Positions 12,804 to 26,670 are shown, numbered from the stretch's first letter. The stretch is DNA of 64,000 bases from Camelus dromedarius (GCF_036321535.1 NC_087437.1:116748001-116812000), one strand, 5' to 3'. Translations and numbers: made by a program. The notes: generated by a model from the letters alone, not told the origin.

Positions 12804-13163
12804 AAGTAATTTTGATTTTTCTCTTTTTAGTTTAGCTCCTGTAACATAACTGATTTTTCATTCATATAGTTTATAAGTTATAGTTTGTAAGTTTTTTTTC
12901 AAATAAAGTTTCATTTAATGCGATTCTTATGAATAATTTATTCGTATGTCTTGCATCCTGTAGAATAAGATTGTGTAAGGAATGTATTTAATTTAAATCA
13001 CTACTTCTTAAGCCATCATTGGAATTTAACATGGATAGAGATATTTGAAATAATGAAAACCATTTCTATCTTCTCTGAGCTGTTATTAGAAATCTGTACA
13101 GGTAATCTTATATTTGCTTGAACAAATTAGAGTGTTTTTAAAACACAATGCAAAAAAAAAAAA
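12804..13163 (+). other. 3'UTR of the cTAGE retrocopy with AATAAA and poly(A) remnant
   Basis: Abrupt switch to AT-rich sequence resembling the CTAGE5 3'UTR as recalled; AATAAA at 12902-12907; A12 at 13152-13163. Confidence 0.65.
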
Positions 13164-14213
13164 CCATTTCATCACAGTACCACTCAAACTTCATAAATTT
13201 TTATTAAATGGTCTAAAATCATTGGATAAGTTAGAGGAGTTGACATTTTGCTCTCTTTTTTTGTTGCTTTATTATATTTTTAACCTTTATCATTTTGTTT
13301 AAAATACCGTTTGTTGTTTAGACATTTTTCAATTATATAAAGTGAAAACAAAAGTTTTCTATTGGTGATAATCACATACGGACACACACACACATTACAC
13401 ACAGACTTACACACACACAGAAAGACTACAAAGCATGTACAAGGCGATTTTGTTATTTCAGTACCAAAGGAAAATGTAAAACTAAAGAGAAAAAATTTTT
13501 AGTTAAACAAGAAAAAATAAAAATAATGCAGGTACAATTTGTGTATATAGAGAAAAGATTTCTAAATTGTATGCATAGAAAAAGAGATGGGTTTTTTTGT
13601 TTTGTTTTGTTTAAAGAAAAAGAGAGTTATTAAGAAACCGAGGTTTAATTTTACCGGTCACTCCCACCTGGAAGACAGCGCAGCCTGGTTTCCAGGGCCA
13701 CGCCATTTACCAGAGGACGTTTGGAAAAGGGACTTGCTATTTATAGTCTCTGAGCTGTGACACTGAGGTGGCCAGGAAACCACGGCAGGACATGGAGTGG
13801 GGGTGGGGTGTGCTGGTAAGAACGATGTTGCCAGTGAAACGTGAAACCCGTATTTCACACTTTGAGCTCAGGGAGAAAGAGACAAGTGTGGAAAGTCTGG
13901 TCTCCCTCAGTGATTCTTGGGTCACTGAGATGCTGAGAACACACTGGGAATGGGGTGAAATGACAGGGCCCTGAGCACTGACACCCCCAGCTCGGTTCCT
14001 GTGGGACTGGGGCCAACAGACGACTAGGGGCCGGGGCCCCCATATCGAGAGCTTCAGGGAGGAGAAGCTGGCTGGCAGCTGGGCTGCCCTGGGGCTCTGG
14101 GGACCACGGCGCCATCTCTGGTGCGGCAGCTCCTGACGGGGGGCGGCCGCGGGCATCTGATCCAGAAGGACCAGGATGGTTCAGAGAGAAGAGCAGGTGG
14201 AGGAGTGGGAGTG

Positions 14214-14227
14214 GTTTCCATGGCAAC
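14214..14227. promoter_or_regulatory. RFX X-box motif
   Basis: gtttccatggcaac matches GTTNCCATGGNAAC; small CpG cluster at ~14100-14160 just upstream. Confidence 0.4.
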
Positions 14228-15719
14228 ACAGGGACTGAGCTCAGACACTGAAGAAAGCTCTGTCCTTGAAGCCCAGGTGAGCAGCGGCTCCCGGTGACAG
14301 GCCACATCAGGCCTACGTCACCTGCCTTTCCAACATCTGGGCGCCCACCTCCCTATCTACGTGCAGGTGACAGCCCTCACGCGATCCTCTGAGGTGTGCG
14401 TGGGGTCTCCAGTCTCCAGGTGAGAAGCAGGTTGGAGTCCCGTAGCTGGTGGGGCCAGAGCAGGGCCTGAACCCGTGTCTCTGAAGAGCAGAGTCTCCGC
14501 CCCTTCCCTTCCCTGTCCGCCCAGCTCAGTCTTGTCCCCATCAGCCTCCCGCCTCCCCTTCCCTCCCCGTCCCACCTCTTTCCCCCATCTTTCCCACCTC
14601 CCATCCTCCTTCCCTTCTTCACCTTCTCTTCCCACCTCGGTCCCGCTTAGATCTACTCAAGGTCCACCCCAACCCCGCACAGACTGAGGCTCGGTGGGCA
14701 CCGGGCTCTTAGAGCCAGTGGGGAACCTTTTCCCTGAGTCAGGAGCACTTGCAAACATGCTGATGGAATTACTGGGAAAAGGACTGCATTCAGTGTTTCT
14801 CACTGAAAAGTCAGGTGAGTGGATATCTTACTCATCTCTCTAGTTCGGTTTCCATTTCTATGTGACGTTCAGTTAATCACTTCAAGTAAACCCCACCGAT
14901 GTGTAATTCAGGGAGAGGAGCTTCTGAGGGGAAGGGACCTGCTGGGTGGTGAGGACCCGCCAGGGGTGGGAGTGGTGGGGGTGGGGAGGGGAGTTAGCGG
15001 TCCCCCCCACCTCCCAGTGACTTGGGCTTTCCCGGAAGCATCTGAGATCCTTCAGGAAAGCAGAGCGCTTTCTTCAGAAAGACTTCTTCAGGGAGAAATC
15101 TCTCCCTGGTTTTTGGGTCTATTTTGGACCTAAGTCCTCTCCAAGCCATTGATTTTTTATTCACTGCCAGTCACTATGACCTTTCACAGCGAGCTGGGAT
15201 TTCCAGTTTAAATAATAAGAAAAGAAACCCTCTGGATGGGTCAAGTTCTCTATCATTGAGAGAGATGGAGAGATCTGGGGAAGAGTGGGGACACCACCTC
15301 TCTCCCTGATCAGACACTGACAATATTCCTACCAGCCTGAAACAGCATCTCCTCTTCATTGTTTGAAAATTTCGGATGACTCTTTGGGAAAAAAAAAAAA
15401 AAATCTAAAATCAGCTGTCTGAGGGTAGATCAAATATCACAGATAGTAAAAGTTTGGGAAACACTATATACAAGGAGTGTTTGGAAAAAAAACCCCAAGG
15501 GTCCCAGGGCAGAGCCTGAGGCAGATTCTCTTGTTCCTGCCTGTCCTCCCTCAAGGATGTCCTTCTAAGGCCCCTCAGGGAGCCCACCGGCATCTGCTCT
15601 GTTCACATCTTTCTGTGAACCTATTTGGAGGGTGTACTGGCCTTGGGAACAGGTCTGACATCTGCTCCCTCGCTGGACCACAACTTGACTGTCACCTCTG
15701 AGTCAAGGAGGTGAGGTCG

Positions 15720-15920
15720 GCTCCCAGCCAGACTTTCTGGATTTGAATTCCAACTCTGCCACTTACTGGCTCTGTGTCCTGGGGAAATTTACCCACTCTG
15801 TGAGCCTCAGTCTTTTCATCAGTTAAATGGGGGAATTCTTAATACCTACTTCATAGGGTGGTTGTGGGAATTCTCTTAATAACACCTGTAAACCTCATAA
15901 CACAGTGTTGGTACGTGGGA
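15720..15920 (+). mobile_element. MIR SINE
   Basis: Core ttgaattccaactctgccacttactggctctgtg...tgagcctcagtcttttcatcagttaaatggggg...acttcatagggtggttgtg. Confidence 0.85.
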
Positions 15921-15944
15921 AGTTCTGTGGTTCCCTGTGGCAGA

Positions 15945-16365
15945 CTGGGAGTGCTGTGGGCCTCTTCTCAGAATCATATTTTTAGATGTATAAAATAAAA
16001 TTCAGAGGATGGCCAATGAGACCAGCTGAGATGCACACTGACATAGAGTTGTGGGACAGTCACATATGTGCTTCTTTGTAACACGTAGAACATGATCAGT
16101 GGTGGATTTAATAATTATTGCAGTTTCAAAGCAGTGATGAGCAGAAGTGGGATTTCAAGATTCCACGACACATTCGTGCAGTATGAGATGTCTGTAGTTT
16201 CAATTGGTGATGAGGTTTCCAGTCCTGCTAATGCTGCTGTAATGTGTCACCTCTATTTCAAAATTGAAGATGATGCTAAGTTTTAGTTGGAGGCTAGTGA
16301 AAATTAAAATGTCGGGTTTTTTTTTTTCCCCCATCCACGTTCATTCGTGGACCCTGAGGAGTCAG
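15945..16365. mobile_element. hAT-Charlie (Charlie1-like) DNA transposon relic
   Basis: Motifs tttcaaagcagtgatgagc, caattggtgatg, aaattgaagatgatgctaagttttagttggagg...ttttccccatccacgttca resemble Charlie1 derivatives. Confidence 0.65.
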
Positions 16366-17189
16366 GTCTCTGGACTCTTCTGTGATGGCCACGCTGGGGA
16401 CAGCAGGTCGGGACTGGAAAGGACTCAGCCCTGGCTCTGAGCGGGGCCTGGGGAGGTGAAGGGTCACTGGGAAGCCTGGTCCTGAGTCCTCCCCAAACTC
16501 CTCCAGAGAAACAGGTGCTGAGGGCAGGGCCTTCCAAGGAGGTGGTCTCTCCCAGCATTCTCTCGGTTCACCTGGATATTCAGTTCAGAGATGCTCCGGT
16601 CTCTCAAAGGAACCCAGGGGTGGAACATGTTTTAAATGTCAGCTCCATGAATCCAGGGGCACAGGTTGGAGAGAGCTCTGCACTCACTGGGGGGGGGGGG
16701 GGTCTGTCACCTGCGCTGGGCGGGAGGGACTTGCAGCCCTCTCTCCTCCTTACAGTGACTTTCTCAGGTTTCCAGGGTTGTGAGGTCGTCAGCAGGCAGG
16801 GTTTTTAGAGGCTGTTTGTCTCCTCCAATCCCTGCTATTCGCCATCTCCCAGCTCCTGCCAGATGCCAGGGAACACACCCCCACGGGAGGCTGGTCTCTG
16901 AGCCCTTGGACTGGAAGCCGGGTGTCTGGCCAGCCCCGCATCTCTGCCCCCTTCCCAGCTTTCTGCGAACTGCCTTCCTCAACCTAGGAATGACCTCCAG
17001 CCCCTCAGTAGGGGGTGGGTGTGAGACCCCCACATGCCCAGACCCAGTCTTCTTCCACAGACCAATACAGACACTAAGAAAGAGGGGACTTCTCTCCATC
17101 TGGAATCATGGGCACCCAGAATCCAGTGACCATTGGTAATCCTGATGGCACTGTTGGTCATCTTGACCCTTATGGAGATCTCCTGCTTG

Positions 17190-17400
17190 AGAACTAAGCT
17201 ACTACAGAGAAAGCTGTGAAGCCGTGAAGCCATGAAGATGGAGAGAGCCAGAGTCCGGAGACCTGGACCCTGGATCCAGCTGTTCCTGAAGTCCCATATC
17301 CTAGTCTCGTAAATGCCCTGAGTCAATGAGTCCCCTTTCAGGCTTCAGCCAGGTGGGGCTGAGTTTCTGATGCTTGCATGTGAACATATCCTGTTAGTTA
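17190..17400 (+). mobile_element. Old ERVL/MaLR LTR 3' part (LTR16/MLT1J-K-like)
   Basis: ctggatccagctgttcctgaag...tgagtcaatgagtccc...gagtttctgatgcttgca terminal motif. Confidence 0.55.
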
Positions 17401-18639
17401 TGTGTTATAGTAATTCTGCCGATAGCAAACTCTGTCTTAAGTAGAACACTCTGTCCGAAGTCACAGAGTCCATCAGAACAGACAAGGGAAGACAGCACAC
17501 AGGTGCAGTGGGCCACACCTGGGTTCATACTTTACAAGTATAAAAGTAGGGACAAGCGCCCCTGTTTCTGAGTTTACAAGGCATCCTCCCTCTGGGGTCA
17601 TCCCTGCCCATGGCCACGGCACTCTCCCTGTGGGCCCTCGGGAAGGGGGACTGTTCTGCTGGCTTCCAACTCCCCAGGGAACAGAGCGGAGACCATGAGC
17701 TGAGGGCTCAGCCCTGGCCCATGACCTGTCAAGCACACAGCAGCTCCTCCTGGGAGCAGGTCTGAGGCTGGGGCTCCTACTCTGTGGGTGCAGGGAGCAT
17801 CTCCCTCCCGGGGAAGCTTCTGGGGAGGTGCTGCCCCTCCCCTGTGGGAGGAGAGGCCACAAGGGGCAAGATTCAGGCTTTTTTGTCCCCAGCCACGACA
17901 GTGGCGATGTCCATCTGAATATCTGACGGAGGGTTACTCCCGGACCTTTGAAACCCAGGCGCGAGGCCCCATCTTCCTGAACTTCCCCGAGGCCGCGGCT
18001 GCAGCAGCTGCACACACACGGCCCACACCTGCCCAAGCCATCCTCCTCGCGAGAGGGAAGACGCAGAAGTGGTCCTAGCTGGCCCCTCCATCCTCAGACC
18101 CTGGGAGGCATTAGCGACGCCAGAGGAAAAGGGCCCTAACTGCACAGATGCACGGGGCTCTCACGTCATCCGCAAACACCACTTTCCTGCCATTGCATCC
18201 CCCAGCAGCCTCTGAGCTCGGCCTCGGCGAATTCTCACGGATGCGATTTTGTCACTCGTTTCAATGACGGCTGGTGTGGGGCTGGTTTTCTGTTTGAATA
18301 CTCTCTCCTGTTTCCACTGCTGGTGAAATTTAAGTCCTAATCAAATGGTCAGGATGAACAAAACCTGGTAGATTTGAGTTGCAAGCTGAGAACTAGTGGG
18401 CAAGTCTATTCCCCGCGCCTCCTAAATAGCTCGTTTCAGGCACCGCACAGAATCTTTCAGCTGAAATCAAATCTCTGCCCATCACTGGGCTCTCTGGACA
18501 GGATAAGGATAAGGCAGCTCTTACCCCAATATTAAGATTTATTAAAAACAGGCTGCAGATACATACACCTGCAGACAGAAAGATATGTGTGTGTATGTGT
18601 GTGTATATATATATTTTTTTCTTTTTTTTTTCCTTCTGG

Positions 18640-18960
18640 GCGAAGTTAAGGCCAAGTCATGGCAACTAATTTCTGAGCGAGATAAAAGGGCAGAGGAAAC
18701 TGATTGTGGAATCTGTGACTAGCGGGCGTTCCCATGACCCCCAAGCACAGAGTAGACAAGATGTAAAGCCCCCGCCCCCTCCCCTGATTCATAGCACGAT
18801 GGTGAGGAAACCAAATCCGGGAGGCTCTGCCACCAATCAGCATAAAACCCCGGCCAGCGCCCCCGCCTCAGCACGGAGGGCCAAGCCCGCGAACGCCCTG
18901 TGAACTGCTATGCCTGGCGCGGGGCTCAGCCGTCCTCCTCCCGTTGCCGGAGTGACAGAT
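18640..18960 (+). promoter_or_regulatory. CpG-rich promoter candidate of the multi-exon gene relic
   Basis: GC boxes 18769-18779 and 18861-18869, CCAAT 18833-18837, RFX-like sites catggcaac 18658-18666 and gttgccggagtgac 18943-18956; followed by a donor cag|gtaggg at 19106/19107. Confidence 0.5.
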
Positions 18961-21589
18961 GGAGTCCCTCACTCCCTCGCCCGGGGCTCACACAGGCCGC
19001 GCGCCCTCCTGGAAGGGCAGCCCTTCTCCCCCAGCAAGAGCTCCTCATCACCACCCCTGGCCCATCAACTGAGGGGGAAAGGCTGCTGGCCCCCCATGGG
19101 GGACAGGTAGGGTTTGGTCTGAGGGGCCTTGGTTTGCAGACCCCCTGCTCTGTTGTAAAACACCTGCTCAGCACTTTTGCCCATTTTTAAATTGGTTTGT
19201 TTGTCTTTTTCTTAGTGATTTGTCTGGGTTCTCTGTAAGTTCCTGATCCCAGTCTTGTGTTGTTAGTCGTTTATCATGTCCCGGAAATTAGAAGAAATTA
19301 GGACATTATATTGGACCACTGCTCCAGCTTTGCCCTCGATGTTGCTACCGCGAGGCCCCCGAGGGGTGAGAGGACCACTGTCGCAGTCTTCCCCTCACAC
19401 GTGGACCCGGGAGGGCGTCCTCTGCCCGGCTCACCCGCGTGGCAGACGGCACCGCACAGCAGCCCGGAGCCCTGGTCGCTCCAAACAGGACGGGCTGCAT
19501 GACAAATGGCCCTGACGTGCTAAAATGGACACAATTCCAAAAGGAACATACACTTAGTGTGGATGATGAGTATACGCGCCAGCAGGAATTATTTTCGTTT
19601 GAAGGAGATTTCCCAGTTCTTCAGACCAAAGATGGTCAGAAGGAGGAAGGTGGTTAGGACGCCTTTTCTGCTGTGAGGCAAACCCTCTTAGCTTGGGCAT
19701 CCGCTGACGGAGCAATTGGGGGAAATTGCCCAATTTCTTGGTTGCTTCACTAGCAAAATGATCCTTATCTTCGCACTACAAACTTTTTTCACGTGGGAGC
19801 CCCCCAAGGAGCTGCAGCCGGTACGACCGCCTTCAGGAGTGGAGGTGGGTGCCTTGCCCTGTGACCGCTCACTTGAGCAAACATTGTCACCTCATTTTGC
19901 GGCAAGAAAACTGAAGCTCAGCCAGATTAAATGACGTGACCAAGATCAGAGATTCAGTAACTGAGCAACCAAGAAAGCCCACGCCCTTCCCAGCTGGATG
20001 TACTCAGATCTCGCCTGTGAAGAGCAGGTGGGCGGGGCTGCTGCTGGGACTCTGGTCAAGGTCCCACCCCTGATGGATGAGCCCTCGAGCTCTAGGGGAG
20101 GTCAAAGCCTCATCACTCAGGGTCCCCAATAAGCTCGCTGCAAAGCCGGGATGAGAGCCCAGATTTTTCAAGTGCACAGCTTTCCTCACATCTCTTTTCC
20201 TTATTTAAATAATTTTGATGTTACAATATCAACCACAAGGTAAGCTGCGTAAAAACAGCAACTTATTTTGTCTTTTTCTCCACTACATCTCGTGTCTGTA
20301 ATAGTGTCGAGTGGTTGGGATGCTCCATGTCTTGAACAAATGGATCATAAGAGAATAAGATAAGTAGTAAGTGGTTCGACTTTGTCCTGCAAGAGAGTTT
20401 TGACGCTCTTCCTCCCCGTGGCCCCCTCTCAGGTCCCTCCTCAGACAGGGAGCAGGGCTGGGCACCCTAACATCACCAGGACCCCAGGCCAAAAGAAACT
20501 CACATTAGCAGCCCTCTTTTCATAAACATGCAATAGTCTGTTTCCCGGACAGATACCCTCATCACAAAGATACAGAGAAGTGTGGGGAATTCTGCTCGTC
20601 TCATCCCGTGTGGCTTCAGGTGGCCAACGATTCTTACTTCTGATTTCACCCATTCCAAACACGCATCACCTTAGGAAAGTGGGAAAGCTGCACTCAGCCC
20701 CTAAAGGTAGGATTTATCAACTCGGGTCTTGTTTACTCTCGTGCAGTTAGCAACATCGTGTCTGAAAAAAAGGACTTGCAGGACTGAGTCCACCAATGCG
20801 TGCCACTTTCCTAGCAGTGATCTTGTTTCTGCATGCGTGCTCTCATTTCATACCAAACTTGGTTTACGGGACGTTTGGGTAAACAAAGCTCTGCTGCGTA
20901 ATTAGTACCCAATTAGGCTGAGTTTTGTGTCTGTGTGAGTCAAGACCGCTTTCCAACCTCTGGGAAGAGTTAAGTAGGTCAGGCCTCTGTTTACAGAGCA
21001 AGGCCCAAGGCTGACTGCCCCGGGCACTTTATAAGTTGTTGTTAGTAGCTGGACGTCTCAGATTAAGCTGCTCAATATTGTTGTTGGCTCTTGCTGCCGC
21101 TGAAAGGGCCAGACTGGTCATCCAGTGATCTAGGTTCTTCTTCTCTGTGTCCGACTTGTAGGAGGGCCCTCAGCCCACCAGCATCACCACCGAGAAGTTT
21201 TGTCCTGACACAGAGGGAAGGTCACAACACTGCCCGCCCGGCTATAAGGTCGTGACACTGTCTTCCCAGCATTAGCCTGTTTGCAAATGACTAATCTGGG
21301 CTGAGGGCCTCTCTACTGACAAGCATTTATATCTGATTTATTTTTTACCAAATTTGTATCATGAACATGCTAGAATATTCAGAAAAGGTAAAATAAGAAC
21401 ATGATAAACATGTGTACACCCACCAATTAGATTCAAAATTTCAGTCCACTCATTGTCAAAATTGTGCCAGATCGTTTCAAAGTGCGTTGCACTTCAAATA
21501 TTTCTGCGTGGAGACCCTTAACATAAGGACATTCTTTAATACAAACCAAAGCAGTATTGTAACAAATAATTTATCATTTATTTTAAGTT

Positions 21590-24500
21590 ATTGAAGTAAC
21601 TGGAGCAACATTGCTCGTATTTTCTATTATCCTTCTAAAAGCGGTAGTATTTGCAGTGATGCTTTGGTGTCAGGCCTGACGTGGTGTTACATCTTCTCCC
21701 TTTTTTCCTGAATAAGTCTGGTTAAAGGTTTATCACTTTCGTTGAGTATTTTTCTCAAAGACTCAACCGTGGGTTTCGCCCATGTTATTCTTTTCTGTCA
21801 TTTCTATTTCATTGATTTTCTACTTTTAAAGTTTATTATTTCCTTCTTCCTATTTTTGGATTTAATTTGCTTTTCCCCCCCTTTTCTAGCATTTTAAGGT
21901 GAAGTTTAATTCCTTTTTTTTAAGCTGTACTTCGCAAATTGAATTTTTATTCTTATTTAGTTCAAAATATTATTAACCGCCCTTGTGGCTGCTTTTTTGA
22001 CCAATGGGTTATTTAGAAATATGTGTTTAATTTCCAAATATTTGAAGATTTTCCAGATATTCTTCTGTTGTTGATTTCTTATTAAAGTCTGCTGCTAAGC
22101 AAAGCAGAAACTTTGTATGATTTCAATCCTTTTAAAATTTGCCGAGGCTCATCCTACGACTCAGCACACAGTCTTTCGTGGTGTACGTTCCACGTGCACT
22201 TGAATGGTTTGTTCTGCTGATGTTGGCAGACGGTTTTACGTCAGTTAGGCCAAGTTGGGGGAAACTATCCTTACTGAGTTTCTGCTTACTTGTTCTATGA
22301 ATTATTAAGAAAGGAATGCTACAATTTCCAACTTGGTTCGCCTAGTCTGTCAAGCCTGCTGGTTTTTGCTTTATTTACTGTAAATGTACATTTTTAGGAT
22401 TCTCATGTTTTGTGGTAAATTGACCTCAATCAGTATGAAATATTATTCTTTATCCATATGAATCAATTCTTCTTCTGAAGTCTATTTTCTCTGATGTTAA
22501 TGAAGCCATTCTTACTTAATTTTGTTTTCTGTTTTTGTGGTATATCTATTTCTATCCTTTTACGTATCTTTGTCACCACATTTAAAGCAGGTTTTGTTTG
22601 TGGATCACACAGTTTTGTCTTTCTTCTTTATCTTAGAAGCTCTGTCTTTCGTGTGTAGACTATTACATGTGTTACAGTTATCAATAAGGTTGAATTTAAA
22701 CTTACCATCTTGCTACTTTTTTTTATTTGTCCTTTTTTCCTCTTTTCCTACTCTCTTTTGGATTAAATATGTAATATTTTTTACTGTTCTATTTACATAT
22801 ACTATTGCCTGATAAGCTATACTTTTTTATTTTATTATTTTTAAGGTGATTACTCTAAGGTTTACAGTATTCAACTTTAACTTATCACAGTCCGTATAGA
22901 AATAACATTATGCCACTTCATGTATAATTTGCAATCGTTTTAACATTATACTTCTATTTTTTCCTGCTATTTGTGCTATTTTGTTACTGTCACATTTTAT
23001 TTCTCGTATAGTAAACCCATAATACATTTTTACATGTTGCCTTAAATATCCAATTATCTTTGAAAAGAATTTTTAAAGGAGGCTAAAAAAAATATTTATC
23101 ATGTATTTCCCAATTGTTTGCACTCTCCATTTCCTTATATAGATCCAAGCCTTCATGTGGCCACAAGTTTCACAGTCCTGTGATACAAAGAATGTGGCAT
23201 CAATTTATTGTAGAGCAAAGCTCCCGAAAGTGAATTATGGCAGCTTATGTTTGTCTGAAAAAGATTTTATTCTAATTCTATTTTCAAAATATTATTTTCC
23301 CCAAATACAGAACTATAAGTTGACAGGATTTATTATCTATCCATTTATCTATCTATCCATCCATCTATCTATCATTAACCTCTCTTCCTTTAATACATCA
23401 TTCCTTTATGTCTGGCCTGCATAGTTTCTGGCAGGAAATCTGCAGTCATTCTCCCCTTTGTTCCTTTGCACGTGTGCTCATTTTTGCTCTTTGCTTTGCT
23501 TTTAAGAATTTTTCTATCACTGGTTTTTAGCTGTTTTATTGTGATGCTTTATGATGCACTGTGTGTAAGTGTGCGTGTGTTTATCCTACTTTAGATTTGC
23601 TGAGCTTCTCTACCTATTTAATTTTCATCAAACTTGGAGACATTATTAAAATAATTTTCTGCTTTCCTCTCTTTCAGGGATTTCAATTACCGTTGTAGTA
23701 GAGGGCTTGAAATTGTTCCACAGATCACTGAATCTCAGCGTATTTTATCTCAGTCTTTTTTCTCTCTATTCTTCCTTTTGCATAAATTCTATTGTTATAT
23801 TCACAAGTTCATTGATCTTCTGCAGTATCTAATATACTATTATTCCTTCCACTAATGTTTTTTAAATTTCTCCTACTATATGCTTCAGCTCTTTAATTTC
23901 CATTTAGTTCCCTTTAATGTATTCCATTCCTCTCCTCATTATGTTTATGTTTTCCTTTAAATATTGAAGTGTAGTTATAATTTCTGATATAGTGTCCCTG
24001 TCTACTAATTCCATCATCTCTGTAATTTCTGATTTACTCCTAAATATTAATACTTCCCCCACTTATTGGACTTATTTTTTTAGCTTTTTGTAATTTTGGC
24101 AGGATACTGTAAATTTTATGTTTTAGTGCCTAGATTTTGTTGTTTCCCTGTACAGAGAGGGGCACTTTATTTTAGAAGGAGTGAAATCTTCTTGAAAGAT
24201 TAGATTAATCCTTGTGAGGCCTGGTTTTAAGCTTTGTTAGGGAAGGTCTAGAGTAACATCACTCCATCAATAGTTTAGTCCTAAAAATACGGTGTGACTG
24301 CTCTGGGATCATCAGTGAGTACCCCAGCTTGTTACCGAAGACTCTCCACTCTGATGGTCGGAATTTAAGTATTCTGCTTTCTTCCCTGTGTGACTCTGGT
24401 ACTTAGTCAGCTTACAACACCGGGTCATTCTTTGCTCATCTCTGTCAAGGGTCACTGTACCGAGAAGCAATCCAATACTCAGCAAACACCTAAGGAATCC

Positions 24501-24845
24501 CTCTGCAGGTTTCAGCAGCTCTTTTTCTGGGTAGATCCCTCCTATTTGGAACTGTGCCCTACGACTTCACATAGTCCCAGCCTCCCTGAACTCTGATCTC
24601 TGTCTCTTCTGAGCTCTGTCCAGGTTGCCTCTCCAGCATCTAGGGTCTGAATAATGCCTGGAGGTAGAAAGCTGGGGCAATTCTAAGACTTACCTCTTCT
24701 GCTTTTCTGTTAATAAGCATCACAGTACTATGTATCAATTGTCTAAAGTCTGAAAACTGTTGTCTAATCTATCTTGTCCAGTTTTCAGATTGTTTACAGT
24801 GACAGGGGAAGTCTGAGCCTTGCCTTCCCTCATGGCCAGAGATAG
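21590..24845 (-). mobile_element. Old antisense L1M (ORF2/ORF1 and 5' region, L1MC/MD-like)
   Basis: Long T-rich degenerate L1 antisense tract (tttccaaatatttgaagattttccagatatt; ctgaagtctattttctctgatgttaatgaagcca), ending in an L1M 5'-end-like motif at ~24800-24845. Confidence 0.75.
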
Positions 24846-25244
24846 GTCTCATTATTTTTTAACCTCCTTTGTTTTATTCATTATTTCCCCCTTGTCATTT
24901 ATGTGTTCTTAGTTGTGCGTCTCCCTTTTTTCTTGAATAGGGTTGTCTACTTTGTTCTTTGTTGTGCTTTTTCCCGCGATCTACATTATGATCTGCTATT
25001 CTTAAAGTTTCTACCTCATTAATTAGTGATTTTACCTTCATTATTTCCTTTCTTTTGCTCTCTTTTGGTTTCCTTTTTAAAAACTTTTTCATTGGGAACT
25101 TCAATTTCTTATTTTATTGTTTAAATTAAATTTTAACTGAAAGTAGGACTATACTTCATACCATGAGCATGTCATGAATAACCTTGTGCTACATGACCAA
25201 TGCTTTTTGAGAAATTCAAATAATAATCCCATGTGTTACTTTTT

Positions 25245-26670
25245 AAATAATAGCTTTATTGAGATATAATTCACATACCACCGAATTCACCTTTTTAAAG
25301 TGTTTAATTCAGTGGGTTTTTTGTACACAGTTGACCCTTGGAAAAATGCGAGAGTTAGGCATCAACCAGCTGCAGTCAAAAATACATGTATAACTTCACA
25401 GTCAGCCCTCTGCATTCACAGTTCTGCATCTGCAGATTCAACCAACCATGGATCATGTTGTTCTACATCACTGAAAAAAATTCCACAGGTAAGTGGCCTC
25501 ACACAGTTCAAGACCATGTTGTTCAGGGGTCAACTGTATTCACAAATGTGTGCAATGTCACCATTATCTCTTATTTGAAACATTTTAACCACCTCCAAAA
25601 TAAACATTGTACCACTTAACAGTCCCCTTTCTTCCCTCCTCCAAGCCCCTTATGGCCACTAATCTGTCTTCTGTCTTAATGTATTTGCCTATTATGAACA
25701 TTTACTATGAATGATATACAACACCTAGTATTTTGTGACTGGTTCCTTTCACATAGCATAATGTTTTCAAGATTCATCCATATTCAGCATGTGTCAGTAT
25801 TTCATTCCTTTTTATTGCTCAGTAATATTCCAGTGACTATTTGTTTAATCTGTTCACCAGTTGATGGATATTTGGTTTTTTTATACTCCTTAGTTATTAC
25901 AAATAATGCTGGTAGAAACACTTGTATATAGATTTCTGTGTGGATATATGTTTTCAATACACATGGAGTAGGTCCTTGAGTTGCTGGGACTTTTGGTAAC
26001 TTGATGTTTAAACGTTTGAGGATCTGCCAAACTGTTTCCCAAAGTCACTGCCACTGTACTATTTTAAAATACCACCAATTGTGAACACTACTAGCCTCTT
26101 GCCCAAGTCTGTCTTTTAAAATTTTAGCCTTCCTACTGAGTGTGAGGTATATCAAATTGTAGTTTTGATTTGTATTCCTTGGACAACTAATAATGTTGAG
26201 CATCCTTTGGTCATTTGTATATTTTCTTTGGAGAAATGTCTATTTACATGCTTTGCCCATTTTTGATTGGCTTATTTGTCCTTCTGTTGCTGAATTGCTG
26301 TATATTTCCTGGATAGAGGTCCATTCTCAGATATGTGATCTGCAAATGTTTTCTCTCATTCTGTGGATTTTGTGCTTTGAAGGACAGAAGTTTTTTATTT
26401 TGATAAAGCTCAATTTATATATTTATTCTTTTGTCATGTGTGCTTTTGGTATTGTAGCTAAAAGACTATTGCCCAATTCAAGGCCACAAAGATGTATTCC
26501 TGTGTTTTCTTTTAAAAGTTTTATAGCGTTAGCCCTTATATCCAGGACTGTGATCCATTTTGAGTTAATTTTTGTGTTTGCTTTGAGATAAGGTTCCAGT
26601 TTTATTCTTTTGCTTGTGAATACCCATCCAACTGTTCTAGCACCATTTGTTGAAAAGTCATGCATCATTT
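25245..26670 (-). mobile_element. Antisense L1MB-like 3' end and ORF2 C-terminus
   Basis: Starts agctttattgagatataattcacatacc; minus-strand peptide KLEPYLKANTKINSKWITVLDIRANAIKLLKENTG. Confidence 0.85.
25328..25536 (-). mobile_element. Tigger2-type MITE (TcMar-Tigger) inserted in L1
   Basis: Terminal inverted repeats cagttgaccctt ... aggggtcaactg; TA on the right flank, CA on the left. Confidence 0.85.
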
